Assembly (NCBI GenBank): GCA_020891255.1
Contig: BQFW01000009.1
Coordinates: forward strand, 372,001 to 436,000
Source: Entomortierella parvispora E1425
Lineage: Eukaryota > Fungi > Mortierellomycota
Length of the DNA stretch: 64,000 nt
Direction of reading: 5' to 3'
A model generated the notes under the pieces. The model made no database searches. It saw only the letters and a program-made list of their open reading frames with translations, and had not been told where the DNA came from. Each line of letters begins with the position of its first letter. Position 1 is the first letter of the stretch. The position numbers and the translations under genes are program-made. Shown in pieces: positions 61,451 to 64,000 of the stretch.

Positions 61451-61879
61451 AGATAAAAAAAGAAAAAAAAATGATCAGCAGAGCGAAACAAAAAGTGGAG
61501 GGTTGCAGACAGATGAAGAGATGAAGAAGTAGGTAATCGTGAGGTTTGCTCCCCATGGATGGTCTAGGCAAAAGAGGGTGCAAGGGAGTCGACCGCGAGC
61601 ACGTGAAAGGGATGTGCACGCTATTGTGCAACGTCTGTCCTTAGCTACGATCCTGATCTTTCACTCGGCTCCTTGCTCCCTAACTGGGGCACATCCTCCT
61701 GGCCTTGGTGATCCATGCGGACGCCCGGAATGGTGAGGAACGATAAATGCTGCGACATGTGCGAAAGGACTGGTCCGTGCAGACACAAAAGTCAATTTCT
61801 GCATGGGAAGAACAATCCATCATAAAAAAGAAGGGACCAGTGTTGTCAAAAGGTGGGTATCTTTGTTGCTTCAACTTCT

Positions 61880-63150
61880 AACCACGGTAGTGACACCATG
61901 GGATCAAAAGATCTTGCTTCACTCGCACATCCAGGCCTGGCCGCTTCTCCCTCGCAAGAGCCATCCAGTATTGATAATTCTTATTCTTGGCTGAAGTGTT
62001 GTATCAGATCTGGAACAATTCAAGTTTTAGCCAGCAAGTTATCCTGGCAGCACCAGATGGGGATCCTTCTTCGGCCATCGTCTCCATCATCCAGTCAAAG
62101 TCCTCAAACTCGGTATGACCTTCGATCGTATGCAAACGTAACGTCAGAGTCTCCAGGTCCTTTAGCCGTGTCAACTGCTTTAACGGATGGCACCGATCTT
62201 CCTCATCCAACTGAGAAACGTCGCCGCCGTGCGCAATGGCCCCTTGCCCCCAAACTGCATGGTCGTATGATAGAACTCCACCGTGCGAAGATTTGGACTG
62301 ACAGTTGCCATGTATGCATAGGCACGCGCCAATTGCTCATTCGTCGTCATAACATACGGCCCTGAGGCGGCAGCCGCAAACTCGGCCGCACTTTTAGGAG
62401 TGACCCTTGGGTCGGTGACCAAGCCTAATTTGAGTGTCAAAAGTCCTTCACAAACCCAGGTATAATCGCAATTCAAACGGATGGGTTCAAGTGGGATCGG
62501 TAGCGGGTCCAATTTCTTGCTCCGATGTCTACTCTTGTTGCATTTATCGTCCTCAACTGTACCAGCCGCCAATCGAATGGCCTCCAACTCTGCTGCTGCC
62601 GCTTTGGCAGCTTCCTCCACGGCTCTCAACGCCAACGCGCTGTCACGATCTTTGACAGCCTTCTTAAAGGAATCACTCATACTCATAAACTTATCGACTA
62701 GTCTTCGAGTACGTAGGGCGGACTCAGGGGCCTTTAAATGCTTGAGGTACTGGTTCCAGCATAAACAATGATCAATCGTCCACTACGCTATTCTCGGTGT
62801 CGTCCCTGCCCAATGATCTCAACGGTCTCTATCGTTTGTCTTTTAGAATGCCATCTAAAGTTGAATTGATAGTCCTCAAGCGGAGCAGTGACAAAGTGAA
62901 GAACGCGAAGATCCGGCAACCAGTGGCAGCTGTACTCTGCCGAGCAGAGATATCGACCGCATGCAGCGTCTTCACGGTAGGGCTCCCACAAAAACGCATC
63001 GATCCTGCCACTTTTCATGAGCTTTTCAATAGTATAAAACTCTACCCTCTGGCAATGGAAATCAGTCGGTTCGATTCACCAGGGCCGACTAAATTCCACG
63101 ATGCGGAAGGCGATCAGTTCAGTCTAGACAGATATAACTCGCTCAGTGGA
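61880..63150 (-). pseudogene. Disrupted F-box/LRR-family-like gene remnant
   Basis: Collinear fragments (WLPDLRVLHF; WVCEGLLTLKL; QLARAYAY..PNLRTVEF; LKQLTRLKDLETLTL..DFDWM; WLKLELF) split by stops and a frameshift near 62240. Confidence 0.45.
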
Positions 63151-64000
63151 TCTCTGGTGGATAGTCACACGCCTGGGATACAAGCGCTGGAGAGGATGCT
63201 GTGAGAGAGGGGTTCTGGCCGGGGATCGTTCCTCATGTTCTTCAAATGAGGGCCCACTGTCGGCTCTGCCCTGTGTTCATTGTGTTCACTGTGTTCACAA
63301 GGGACACCATCGCTTTTCTGCCCTTACCCATCAATCGGATTGTTTTTCTGAAGGAAGAAGGGTCCAACGAGATGAGAGCTGATAGAGTATAGAGTCTATT
63401 AAGCCATGCATCCATATATGCATTCATTCGTTCATTCGTTTATTCTCTCTTCTTCTCTTGTAGGTCAGTCAGCATACATAGTTAAATTCGAAGACATGAT
63501 CAGATGAACAGGTGGCTAAACTATAGACAGACGTGGTGTTGGTTTGACGAACTTCCAGAATAGAAAAACAAGTCGAGAGTGTAACCAGAAACAAGGTGCA
63601 GGTCAGAGGTTGGAAAAAAAATAAAAAAAATAGCGAGAATCGAATTCAGTCCTCCTGCCCTGGTCTATTCCTCCTTGAGACAAGATACGACATCCAACGG
63701 ACAAAACAATTTGATCAACATGGGCCAATCGATGTTCAAAGGAGAGGAACAGGGGGAAGGAAAGAGAGGACTGTCGCCCGTCATCGGCATATCCACAGGG
63801 AGGGACTCGGTGTGGTCGACAGAAGTATTGTGAACATACATTGGCTGTTGATATCAGTGTGGGCTGGGTTGGAGAAAGCCGTAGGTTGTGGTGAAGACGA
63901 GGACAACAGCAAATGAAATCGAGACGTGTGGTGAAGTTGCAGAGGCTAGTGGTAGTGTTGACTGCAATAGGACAAAATGTATCTTGACTGATAGCGAGAT

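Overview
Intron-containing eukaryotic DNA, most likely an early-diverging fungus of Mortierellaceae type (inference from short GT-AG introns, ~50% GC, and F-box/RNI-LRR and GTPase families typical of that group). Ordinary genes: dienelactone hydrolase (partial), GH89 alpha-N-acetylglucosaminidase, Atg22-like MFS transporter, WDR62/MAPKBP1-like WD40 protein, Nab2/ZC3H14, an ERF4-like membrane protein, NmrA-like, RimJ-type GNAT and two LRR proteins. Two accessory zones lie among them. Zone 1 (~5-16 kb) holds a bacterial-type asparagine synthetase pseudogene, a ZNFX1-like helicase with freshly duplicated NF-X1 fingers and a degenerate RZ finger, a decayed Fanzor/TnpB-like RuvC ORF, and a stand-alone H-Y-E PARP-like ADP-ribosyltransferase. 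Zone 2 (~26-43 kb) holds a hAT transposase relic, a Helitron derivative inserted just after the hAT stop codon, a small secreted protein, a ~0.9-kb inverted repeat, a PD-(D/E)xK-like gene, a tandem double GIMAP/AIG1-like GTPase and a fucosyltransferase pseudogene. The best 'new system' candidate is the co-occurrence of homologues of animal cell-autonomous immunity genes (ZNFX1, PARP, GIMAP-like) with mobile-element debris, i.e. a possible fungal defence-island-like region. This is a hypothesis. All family calls come from motif recognition by eye; no database searches were run. No tRNA, rRNA or CRISPR array was found.
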